This document shows, in pieces, positions 39,388 to 51,879 of a DNA stretch of 64,000 nucleotides. The DNA comes from the human T2T-CHM13v2.0 reference genome, Homo sapiens. The position numbers and the translations under genes are program-made. The stretch is taken from NCBI RefSeq assembly GCF_009914755.1, contig NC_060937.1; one strand, 5' to 3'. Under the pieces are notes generated by a model. It saw only the letters and a list, made by a program, of their open reading frames with translations. It ran no database searches and was not told where the DNA came from. Each line of letters opens with the position of its first letter. Within the stretch, counting starts at the first letter, position 1.

Positions 39388-39476
39388 CCCTTATATAGCA
39401 ATATAAGTCTATAATGTAAGTCTTTATTGAGTCTTCCTGCATTGGTAAAAGACATCCAAGGCAACTAAAGCAACTA

Positions 39477-39598
39477 TACCTTATACTCACAATAGAGCAT
39501 AGTGAATGAAATGTTCTATTCTGGATGTAAATAACCTACCATATACTCACAATAGGGCATAGTGAATGAAATGTTCTATTCTGGATGTAAATAACCTA
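39477..39598. repeat. 60-bp tandem duplication (2 copies, 2 mismatches)
   Basis: The lines starting at 39481 and 39541 are nearly identical. Confidence 0.95.
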
Positions 39599-40609
39599 AA
39601 TTCTTTAGCATTTAGTTTACTATAAGTGATAAAATAGAGTCATAGCTTTATCTTCTCTACATAACAGCAACTTTATCTGATTAGGAACCACTTGTCTTAT
39701 ATAAAATGTGATCTTTGACTCCAAAATATGCATTCATTTTTGCTTTACTTACGTGTTTTGGTGGTATACCCGTGAGTTTTATTATAACTCTCACTGTAAG
39801 ACTGTTATATATGTAGTTATGTTAAAACAATGTCTTTCCAAGCCATATTTTTGATAGTTTTTGTATTTTTCCATTAAATAATTATTTAAAAGTTATTTGT
39901 TATGCAGTATGCCAGTATCAGGAATAGTAGGCCAACTGTTAAAAATCTAAGAAGGATGTAACTAACATTACCAGGAAAGGTTCAGGGAGCACTAGTTTAC
40001 AGAGTACCAAAAAACTGTGGTAAGGTTATCACCTACCCCTTAGTGACAGAGAGTAGCCACCCAGAACTTAACAGCTAGGGAATGGATTTCACATCTTACT
40101 AGTAGATTTTCAAACAAAACTAACAAGTCATAGTCTACAAAACTGATCAGAGATAGGATTTGGATTAGTCCCTTAATATTTTAGATATAAACTTGTTGTC
40201 ATCATTCCCATAATTCAAAAGCAATGAATTAGTTTCAGTTGTAATATTATAGCATCCTGTAATAAGAGAATGATAAATACTTAGAAAACACAAGGGCAGC
40301 TGAAAGCTAGACATAGCAAATGCTGTGTTATAAAAAGATGCTGGTAAAATAATTTTTAAAATTGTTTATTTAATAATGTCCATGATGGGACTACATGAAA
40401 TTTATTATTTAAAGATATTGATATCTTAGTTTCTAATGTAGAAAATGCTGGAAATAAAATAATTCAGATTCTGAAGATGATAATAGGTTTTTTTAGGCTC
40501 TGAGAATTATAATTTTTCTATCTTTGAAGATGATATTGAAGATGACAATTAAAATCTTTTTTTATTGATTGTTTGCATGTACTTTGTCTACTTGTTCACA
40601 CATTTCCTC

Positions 40610-41790
40610 ATTTAGTCAATTAAACAGTTGACTGTATACTTGTCATTCTTCTAGGTGGTAAGGAAACAGTAATTAACAAAACAGAGCTTAAACTTACATT
40701 GTAGTAGGGGAGACAAGCAAGTACAAAATAATAATTTTAGGTAGTGGTAAGGGTACTGAAGAAAAAGCAGGAAAAAGGAAGTAGAAAGTATAGGCAGTGA
40801 TCATACATGAGAAGATATATGTGTGTGTGACTGTTTTTGAGGCCATTCGATAGAGGTGATATTTGAATATGGATGTGAATAATATGAAGGAGTTGGGCAT
40901 GAAAAGATCATGGAGGAGAGTGTCCAGGACAAAAATACACTCTGGTGCTGAAGCTAGGAAAAGCTTGCATTTTGGAGGACTAGAAAGAAAACCAGGAATT
41001 GGAGTGTAGTGAATTGGAAGGAGTAGGGGGAGATGAAATCAGAAAGGTAGAGAGAGGCCAGCTCACACAGGATTTTGAAGGCGATAGTGGATATTTCGAT
41101 TTTATACTGAGTGGATAAGATTGGGGAAAATGTGAGGGTTTTGAGTGACCTGAGCAGATTTGTGTTATAAGGTTACTCTGGATATTCTGTGAATCATGTA
41201 GTGTAGTGAGACAAAAGGGAAAATAAGGAAGATATTTAGAAAGCAGTTTGTGCTCCTGAGAAGAGATGATGATGTTTAGACTAGGGTGATGGTCTTAGAA
41301 ATGGTAAACAGTAGTTGATTTTGGAGATAATTTATGTCACAGCCAATAGGACATGTATACATACTAGATAGAGTGAGGTATGAGGAGTCAAGGATGAATT
41401 TTTGGCTTTTGGTTTGAACAGCTGGGTGAATGGTATTGTTTGCTGAGATAGGGAATGCTGGAAAGGAACTGGTTGATGGGAGTGGTGGGTAATGAAGAGT
41501 TCCGTTCAGTTTTGGCCTTGTCAGATTTGATGTATCTGTGAATATACAGGAGATTTTGAGTGATCAAATAATACAGAGAGAAATCAGGGCTGAAGCTAAA
41601 AATGTCTTAGTTTTCAGAAAACAGATGACACAATGCCATGGGAGTAGGTAAGATCACTTAAGAAATGAGTATAGATAAAGAATGGTTGCTAAGGACTGAG
41701 TCCTGGGAAACTCCAATATTTTGAGTCAAGAAGAGGAGAAACGACAAAGAAAACTGGGAAGGAATAGTGGTGAAGTTGGGGAAGAAGCAG
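40610..41790. mobile_element. L2 LINE remnant
   Basis: Purine-rich L2-like text (gaggagtcaaggatgaatttttggctttt; gctaaggactgagtcctgggaaactccaatattt). Confidence 0.7.
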
Positions 41791-43904
41791 GACGCATGCA
41801 AGATCTCAAAAAATTTACCTCTCATACATTAAAACTCCTAACAAAAGGAAGATATAGAATCCAGGAAACAGGGACTCGAGCATGCTTGGATTATATATCC
41901 TTTCCTGCAAAACTTTTCTCCCTGGAATTAATAAACACTTGGCTTTTGTACTTGTTTACTTTCCTATGCCCTTATCACTATTTTGGATCCAAGCTGTTTA
42001 AGAGAACTCAACATTGCATTGTCTCACCATGTAGTCCAACAAGTAATCCGCCTCTCTCCTGCCCCTGTCTGATACCCTTCTTGGAGCCCTCATTCCCCTC
42101 CAGTCTAGATGTGTTGCCCTTTAGGCCTACTGCAAGCTGCTTGGCTGTCACACTGGGATTTATCTTCTTCACTAGCCTGTTCACTGCCTTGTTTTGGGTA
42201 TCCCTGATTCTTTGGTCAGCTCTGAATAGTATTTACATGAGTGTAATGATGTAAATATTGAATAGTTATTTACCAGAACTCTGTGCCCATGGCTATATTA
42301 GGAAGCCTGGGGAAGGTGAAGTTTGGGTGTGTTGTGGTGGAGGAGGAGAATTGTATAAGAGAGTTTAACTCTCATCTTCTACATCAGGGAATTTGTAGAT
42401 AATACCTAAAACTGAAAAATCAAGTAATGGGAGTATAGGCATGTTGGATAGAAATATGGAATGAAATGTCAGAAGAAACATCTACAATTATCTGTACCAG
42501 TTACTGGAACATAATGAGTGTTCAATAAACGTTAATAAATTCTAGATCTGAATAACTGCAAAGTACAGCTGATAACTCCATATTAAAAAAAAAAATGAAT
42601 GTAAATGTATGTTGAGTTCTTTCCAAATTTTTCATTAAATTGTTTCCATTTGTTTTCATTTAATTTGCTTCCTCTGTTGCTTGATGTACACTTTTATTCA
42701 GAGAAATACTTGTTTTCATTGCATGTGCAGGCATGTGTGGGAATTCTATCCAGTTTATTTTAGTATTTGGCATACAATATTTTTAACTAAAATACTTATT
42801 GTTTCTTTAAAATATAAGTATTATGGCTACTGGTTTAGTAATTTGCTAGTATTTTGCTGTTTGCTATATATATATGCACTTTACTAATAATTTACATTGT
42901 TTTCATGAACTATGTAAGAATTTACCTAATTTATTTTGGTTTCGGAATTGTACTGAAATATTACATTTGCAAATATTAGTATTTGCTTTTATAATACATG
43001 TGGTATATGATTTATCAGTAAACTTGCTGTGTTTTAGCTTACTGTTTAGTAGTATTTAATGCCATTATATTCATCTTTAACAATCTAAAATTTTTTAGGC
43101 ATGGAAGATGTTGTTATGCCTTTAGAAATTATAATTCCCTACTGGATTACAGCATATTTTCATAACCACATGAAACTTTTCCCCTAGAAGGTTGTTAAAA
43201 TCACTTTTAGTATGTGAATTAGGAGGAAAAAAATGGGAATTGTTTTATATACATACTTGTCTTAGATCTTGGCAAAAATGGGAAACCTCCTTGAATGGGT
43301 CTAAGAAATAGCCTTATACAATAGCAAATTGAGGATTATGGAATGTACTAATGTAATTAGCCATTTCAAAATGCTATCAGACTTTTCAATTAGTCTAAAT
43401 ATACTGCTCTGTAGGCAGCTGTATAAAAATTGAGAAACTGATTTATAGGTGTGTTATTGATATAGTATAACAGTTTTAATTAAAAGAATAACTCAGTATT
43501 TATACAATTTAAATATTTTATCAATAGAGCTGTTGATTCAGTGCTCTTCTTAAAATTAAAATTAACTGTCTTAGATAATTGAGATATATATTTACTCTAA
43601 TAGAGGAAAAATAGAGATGGGTTTTATATATCACAAATATCTGTTCTGACCCACGGTTTTGCTAAAAGAGATTGTGAAATATTGAAAACATAGTAGTTTG
43701 TTTTTATTTTTTCATCACCTAACTCAAAAGAAAAACAAAAATCCTGATTTTTAAAATATGAAACTAGAGTATTTTTAATTCACAGGTTATATTTTACATA
43801 AAAACTTTTATTTAAATCTAGATCCTTTTAAAGCATTCTACTCAGTTAAGGAACTGTTTTGTTTCAGTTTCTGTTTTGCAACCTGAAATATTCTTTGCTT
43901 TTAG

Positions 43905-44022
43905 TGGTATTGTTGGAAATAGTGCAACTGCATTATTGACTACCATTGAAGAAATGCATTTGCTAAGCAAAAAAATATTCTTCAATAGCTTGAGTCTTCA
44001 TGCAAGTAAATTAATGGACAAG
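43905..44022 (+). CDS. COG6: COG6 exon 13 (GIVGNSAT...KLMDK), 118 nt
   Basis: cttttag|TGG acceptor; AAG|gtatgt donor; phase 2/0. Confidence 0.97.
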
Positions 44023-45029
44023 GTATGTTTGAAAAATGTAATTATTAAATTATGTGAATGTTTCACATTAAAGATGTTTTAGTGATTTTTGTATTGATTG
44101 ATAACTTTTCCCATTACATTCTGTGTTCTTTTGAGTTCTTCCTGTCACCAACAACTTTCATTTTGAGATGGCTTACTGGACCTAAGTTGATAGTCTTTGT
44201 TCCTGAAACAGTATAACATTGAGTTATAATTGGAGATGGCATCTCAGGCTCCAATTTTACTACCATTTTTTTCTATCACAGAAGTTGTATAATTAAAGCA
44301 AACTTACTGTATTTAGCTGGGGGCTAAGATGACATACAGATTGGAAAACCAGAACTCTTACAAAATATTTTTTCCAAACAGCTTATATTTTTACCCCTGT
44401 TGTTACAGTTTTGTCCTTATGAAATGTATGCTCCTCTGAGTTATATAATTATTTATGAAAACAAACAAGGAAAAACATCCCACAAAAAAACAAACAACAA
44501 AATCCTCAAAGAGTCCTGTAAGATCTAATATCTTAAATTGAGCAGGGTATTTTGGCAGGACCTTAAGGAATAGACTTACAATGATCAAATCCTTCTTTAT
44601 TTTTGTTTCATTATTGAGAACATGAGTTTTTCAAGGATGTGTCACAATCACCATGCTGGCTTTTTAATTGTACTACTCTATCTAATAGGCTAGCTATATT
44701 AGGCCCAGATTTTGTAATATGGTATAAAATAGTCAGTAGCAATTTAGTCCAGAATACCTGGTCAATCTTCACTTTCCTAAGTTCAGTCTTCACTTTCCTA
44801 AGCCTTAATAGGAGTCTACTTCCTGACCCACATGCATGACTCAGATTCATTTGGAAAAGCAACATGAATTTGTGGAGCTGGAATATCTACCTTTATTTTT
44901 CTTGCCTTGTGTATTTCTGTTTGCATCAACAGTTTACTAACAATCATTTCTGGTTATATTTGTTATTATGAGTTCTTATTTAGACAGAACTCTTCTAAAA
45001 TAATTTATACATGATACACAAACATTAAA

Positions 45030-46170
45030 CATGAACAAATATGTGCTAGCTGTTGAGAGTACAAGGATGAACACTCAACATCTGTTGGCCTCATTAAGGT
45101 TGCTTTTCCTTTAGTGGAAAATGACCAAATAAGTCTGGTTATTATAGAATTCTATGATTTATGAAAGACATGTGCCTAGGGTATATGCTAGCACCAAAGG
45201 AGGAGTATATTTAGCAAACTTATCTGTACTCCTTTACAGAGAGGAAGCTTTCCATAGAGAGATGTAATGGAGTTGAACTTTGAAGAACAGGTAGGTTTTA
45301 GATAGGTGAGGAAAGGAGTGCATAGAGGTCATCTTAAATAGAAGAAAGAAATAGAATATGCTAGAACATGAGTATGAGTTACCTATAAAAGAATTTTTCA
45401 TTTATTAAAAAATATCACTTGTAAAGTGATGTGTTTTATATATATAAGTGGGGAGGCTAGGTTGGAAATAGGAAAATTAAAGGAGTATTGAAACTGTTTT
45501 TATTCATACATGATCTAAGGGAAAGACTCTGGGAATAGGCAAGAGGGGACAGATTCATGAAGGGTAAAGGTAAAATCTTCAAAACTTGATGACTGAATGT
45601 GGGTTAGTGAGAGGGAGTCATCTAGAATAATTCCTAGGCTAATCACAAATATCTAGAATGCAGAAAGAGGGTACAATTTGGGAGATAAAGATGGTATCAT
45701 CTAAGTTAGATAAGTTGAGTTTGAGGTGCCTATGAGAGATCCCTCTGGAATTGGTCTAATCTAAAAGGGAGTGATACATTTGGATTTAGAGAGTTTTACA
45801 TATAAGAGATAGTTGAATTCATGGGTTTGGATGAAGTCACTAGGAATAATTTTTTTTATGAGTAGAGCTACCAGGACACAGTCTTGGGAAACACTGACGT
45901 TTAAGAGAAGGAAAAACGTCAACAGTATGATGCTGAGAGAGGATGGCCAGAGAGGCAGGACAAAAATTAGGATAAGGTTTTATCAGAAAAGCCAAGAGAA
46001 GACAGTTTTTAGAAGGAGGGCATGGTTAATAATGACAGATGCTTTTAAAGAGTTCAAGTAGGAGGCTTGTTATCTTTGGCAATATATATGTGATAGGTGA
46101 CCTAAATGGGCAATTTTAGTCCTGTGGTGGAGATAGGAGCCAGGTTGTAGTACGTAGAAAAGTTCATGGG
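45030..46170. mobile_element. L2 LINE remnant
   Basis: gttgagtttgaggtgcctatgaga; cagaaaagccaagagaagacagtttttagaaggagggcatggt. Confidence 0.65.
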
Positions 46171-46199
46171 TAAGCATATTACCCAAAGCTTTACCAATT

Positions 46200-47290
46200 A
46201 GAAAACATATGGGCCTCAAGACTGAAAATAGATGCATTAGGCGTTTGTATTAAAAAATTTGAAACAGAGCAATAAAATGAAGATATATGGAAAGGATGGA
46301 ATTAAATTTCCGTGACAAATTAGAAAACAAAAGCAGAATTATTTGTTGAAAAGATAAACAAAATTGACAAACTTCTAGCAAGTCTAATCAAGAAAAAAAG
46401 AAAATTAGAAGTTTTTAGAAATTAGAGACAATCCACAGATGAGAATTAAAACTTAGAGAGTACCATGTGCAGTTTTGTGCTAATCATCTGAAAATCAGAA
46501 TAAGATGAATGCTTTTTAAGGTGACATAAATTGGTAAAATGTGAGTCAAAAGGAAGTGGAAAGTGTGAATATACCTAAGGAAGGAAGAAAAGTTATTAAA
46601 GAACGTGTTGCCAGGCCTAGTTCAGATTATATAGAGAACTTCATTCATCCTTAGGAGGAACAGATAATTCTCCAGAACATGAAAAAATATGGAAAGCTTC
46701 CCAGTTTGTTTTAGGTAGTATAACACCGACATAAAACCTTTTAAAGATAGTCAGTAGTGGAAACCATAGATTAGTCACTTTTTAAGTTTTAAAACTTCAA
46801 AATTCAGCATTTATATATTAAAACCAAGAATGGTTTATTACATGAATATAAGAATGTTTCAGTGTTAGGAAATATACTAAATGAGTATATAAAATAAATT
46901 TTATATTCTCATATTTGATCACATTGGGGAAAATCTTAATATTAAAACAAGTCATTGATGAATACTTCCTTAACCGTATAAAGAGAGATAAAACTAACAG
47001 CCAACATCATAATTAATATTGACACACTAGTGGTTCTTCTATTTAAGTGAAGAACAAGAATGCTTGCCAATACTTTTAAATAATAACCACGGTAGAAAGA
47101 TGAGATAAAGAAATGAATTGTAAATATTTTAAAGGAGGAGACATTAGATTATTTATGGATGTTATGATAGTCTATTTTGAAGACCTAGGAGAATCAACTA
47201 AAAAGCTATACAACCAGAAAATGAATTCTAGTGAAGTCGTTGGTGAAAAGATCAATATACAAATGTAATTAATTTTCTTATATACCAGCT
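46200..47290 (+). mobile_element. Ancient L1 (L1M/L1ME) ORF2 remnant, sense
   Basis: gaaaagataaacaaaattgacaaacttctagcaag; aaactaacagccaacatcataattaat; aaaagatcaatatacaaa. Confidence 0.7.
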
Positions 47291-48157
47291 CATGAGGTGC
47301 TCAATAAATACTGGTAACATGAATGGTTCAGTTCATTTTCTGCTGGCCTATATTCCATCACTATCTTGCCATTAGCTTTAAATCTCTTGCACCCTTGCCA
47401 TTTTACCACATTCACTTTGCAAAACCACCTTGAGTTAATTCAATTTTTCAATTTTTCCTGAGCTCTGCTAAAGAAAATTACATCATACAGACAGGAATCA
47501 CTAAAAATTGTCTCCAACATCAGGAAAGCCCCCCAGGAGGTCCAGCAAATACTGATTGTCCTTTGGCAGCCACTCACATTTACCTCACTTATTTTCACCC
47601 ATTTCCTCAAATCTACCATACTACCTCCTACTGAAAAAGTGCCAACTCTTGCTAAAACTGGATAATGGACATTAAAAAAAAATCTTTACCAACATGACGA
47701 GCAAAAGCGACATTTTGTTGTTTTTCTCATTTGGATTTCTGTGATTCTAGTGAGAATGAACATTTTAAGATATGTTTTTGGCTGTTTGTGAATTGCTTGT
47801 TCAAGTCCTTTGCCATTTTCCTATTGGGTTGTCTTGTTCATTTCTGATATTCTTTATGCATTAAGAATATTAACTCCATCATATATATTACAGACATTTT
47901 CTCCACGTTATCATTTGCCTTTAAAATTTGCCTGTAGTATTTTCTGACACATCAACTTTTAATTTTTTTATAGTTCAATAGAACTTTTTTTATAGTTTTT
48001 TTCCCTTGGGAGCATTCCATGCTTGAAAGTATTCCCACAAGAAAAAACATTTAGAATTTAATATATAATAAAGATAGCATCTATTAGTGGGGAAATGATA
48101 GATTGTTTAATACATTTATTTAGATGTATTTTCTTAGGTGTTTCTATGTTTTCACTT

Positions 48158-48438
<281 letters not shown>

Positions 48439-48634
48439 TAGCCCTGGTTTCACTTTTGCAACAAATTTTTAATCTACTGAAGTTTATTATTGTTCAGACT
48501 GAAAACTTAGTATCTTATTCTTTCCCAAGTGGTTATCCATTTATTTTATTTTATTCCCCTAATAGTAAGTTTCTATATATTTTATTAGTCATGTAAAAGT
48601 TAAAATGAAAGTTGCAACAAAACAGGAAAACATA

Positions 48635-49063
48635 CAGTTGACTCCTGAACAACATGGGAGTTATGATGCTGACCCCTGTGAAGTTGAAAAAATCTGCGTG
48701 TGACTTTCGACTCTCAAAATCTAACTGCTAATTAGCTATTGACTGGATGCCTTGCTAATAACATAAGCAGTCAACTCATTTTTTGTTGTATGTATTATAC
48801 ACTGTATTCTTACAATAAAGTAAGCTAGTGAAAGGAAAATGTTATTAAGAAAATCATAAGGGAGAGAAAATATATCTACTATTCATTAAATGGAAGTGAA
48901 TCATCATAAAGGTCTTTATCCTCATTGTCTTCACATTGAGTAGGCTGAGGAGGAGGAAGAAGAGAGACTGGTCTTGCTGTCTCAGAGAGTAGCAGAGGGA
49001 GAAGACAATCTATGTAAATGTGGACCTTTGTGGTTTAAACATGTGTTGTTTAAGGGTCATCTG
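48635..49063 (-). mobile_element. Tigger2a TcMar-Tigger element
   Basis: TIRs CAGTTGACTCCTGAACAACA / TGTTGTTTAAGGGTCATCTG with TA flanks; about 430 bp; internal match to the recalled Tigger2a. Confidence 0.85.
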
Positions 49064-50131
49064 TAATGGATAGTAAAAGGCAACTGAAGGATGACATCTT
49101 CCAATTAAAACTTTGAACAGAATAGGATGAAAATGAGGAAAGAAAGTAATTGTAATCTGAATTTATTAATTACCAATCAATATTGCAGCTTATATGAGTT
49201 TATAGCAGTGAATGGGCTCTGATCATTATTGTTGTTGTTTTTGTTGTCATTATTACTAATTGAACCCTGGATGTTTTTCTCAGATATGAACTGGGCCATA
49301 TTTAGAGTTATTTTTACATTAGATTGCGACTGTGTTATGATTCTCTTTACAACTCATATGTTGCTTGTATCTACAACCATTTCAGGTTTTTTGCAAGAAT
49401 ATCTTCCTTTCATCAAATTTTAATGTTCCATAATTTTATATTAGTTATATCTTTTACTTATTCTGCTTCTTGTAAATGATTTCACTTCCTCTAAAAACAC
49501 TGTAGCTTTATGAAGAAAACAATATTTATTGTAGCATGTTCTTCATTAGCAAAGCACCCAAGTGGAAATTTTTGTTAATAGAATTTTAAGTGAATAGTGT
49601 AATTGTTGGAAAGAATAGCTTTTAAAATAAAGGTATAGCCAGAGAGGAATTTTTAAAAATATGATTGCTTTTGTGCTTTTAAAAAGACATACTTGGGAGC
49701 TAATTCTTTATCTAGCGTGAGAAAAAGGAAATTCAAGGACATAATTTTATTGAAAGATGTACCTTTTCCCTAACAAAGCAGTTTGAAGCACTTGAGTATT
49801 CAAGTAGGCATACTCCCTTCCTTATCAAGCTCTCCTGAAATATTCATAACTGCAAATCTAGTGAAGTTTAAAGAGAATATGCATCTATACTGCAAAAGAC
49901 ACAATGTTGTGTCAATTTAGGCTAGACTGACATTTTCTAAAATTATTTCTCACTATAGTAATAGTGCAGTTCTAATTGCAAGGATATAGCCTGTCTTAAA
50001 TGAAACCCATATCAAGTTAATAGTAGTCAGGATTGATTTGCCCAGTCCTCTGGAGAAAAAAAAACAAACCCCAAATGATTCTTTAAATAAATTGTCATTT
50101 AAATTCTAGGATATGGTTACTGCTTTGAATC

Positions 50132-50300
50132 TCTTTTTACTACTCATAGCATAGTATGTGGATTAGCAGCTTGGGCATCATATGGGAACTTACTAGACAT
50201 GCAGATATCTCAGGTCCTGCTCCAGACCTGCTGAATTGAATTATGCATTTTAATAAGATTCCCAGGAGGTTCATGTGCTCATTATAGTTTGAGAGGTGCT
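50132..50300. mobile_element. MER5-type hAT-Charlie MITE
   Basis: cagcttgggcatcatatgggaacttactagacatgcagat...tgcattttaataagattcccagg...agtttgagaggtgctg. Confidence 0.75.
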
Positions 50301-50564
50301 GTTCTGGTTGAATAGTTTGAGTTTTACATTATTCCTTACAGATGATTCTGCCAGGAAAAACAAACAGAAAACCAAATTTTTTTTATCTGAAATGCTTTAA
50401 TATTTAAAAAAATAAAAGTGTGTAAAATAAGTTGTAATTTGAAATTATTTCAAACATGTTAGTTTGCAGTCCTAAATTTATCTTGGACAATTTTATTGAC
50501 TTAAAAACTTAAATTCCACATATTGTCAATTACTAGAATGTATGTATTTAGAGCAAAAGGAATG

Positions 50565-50656
50565 TATATATTTATATATATGTATATACACACACACTTC
50601 TTTTATATATATACTCCTTTATATATATATATACTCCTTTATATATATATATACTC

Positions 50657-50687
<31 letters not shown>

Positions 50688-50730
50688 CTCCTTTATATAT
50701 ATATATATATTTAAATATATATAGAGAGAG
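50565..50730. repeat. Compound (TA)n-CTCCTT mini/microsatellite
   Basis: Four CTCCTTT units separated by (TA)n runs of variable length. Confidence 0.95.
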
Positions 50731-51109
50731 AATGAGGAAATTAGTTTAAAAATATGAGAACTTTGTGTTTGGTTGGCTAGTCTTTATTTTTTGAAAGCAA
50801 ATGGGCGAAGGGCCTTCTAAGAAGCTACACAACAGAAAATTATAGGACCTTAAATGGAAGATAGCTGAAAGAATAAAACTAAAGTTGGTAGTGGGATGAA
50901 GTTGTAGGAACAGCTTTTGGAATTTTTATGGTGCAACCTTTTTATTTTTCTCTAGTAAAAGTCAGAGCACCTAAACTACAGAAGGGATAAAAAGTAAATA
51001 GTCACAAGAACAATGAGGACTTTTGTGTATAGCTCTACACATTTAAAAAAAGAGAGGTTCTAATATATGGAATATGAAGTTTTCAATAGCTTAAATGCTT
51101 TTTTTAAAA

Positions 51110-51497
<388 letters not shown>

Positions 51498-51564
51498 TAA
51501 TAATAATGACTTGTTGTTTAGTATGTACAATAATATAAAGAAGAAGAAGAACAAATGAGCTCAC

Positions 51565-51858
51565 TTTTTTTTTTTTTTGAGACAGAGTCTCGCTCTGTCA
51601 CCAGGCTGGAGTGTAATGCACAATCTCTCTGCTCACTGCAGCTTCTGCCTCCCGGGTTCAAGTGATTCTCCTGCCTCAGCCTCCTGAGTAGCTGGGACTA
51701 CAGGCATGCACCACCACACCCAGCTAATTTTTGTATTTTTAGTAGAGACGGGGTTTCACCATGTTGGCCAGGATGGTCTCTATCTCTTGACCTCATGATC
51801 CGCCCGCCTCAGCCTTCCAAAGTGCTGGGATTACAGGCATGAGCCACTGCACCCAGCC
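51565..51858 (-). mobile_element. Alu (AluSc-like), antisense
   Basis: ccaggatggtctctatctcttgacctcatgatcc, Sc-like features. Confidence 0.92.
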
Positions 51859-51879
51859 AAGCTTTATTTTTAACTGCAG

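Noticed and set aside
39477-39598. Direct repeats considered as a CRISPR-like or spacer array
   Set aside because: Only two adjacent copies with no spacers, in a eukaryotic intron. The other short duplications in the window share no sequence with each other.
41721-42254. 177-aa plus-strand ORF
   Set aside because: It has a non-ATG start, begins in an L2 remnant, and shows no recognisable homology or exon signals.
50523-50724. YI-repeat ORFs
   Set aside because: Translation of the (TA)n repeat.
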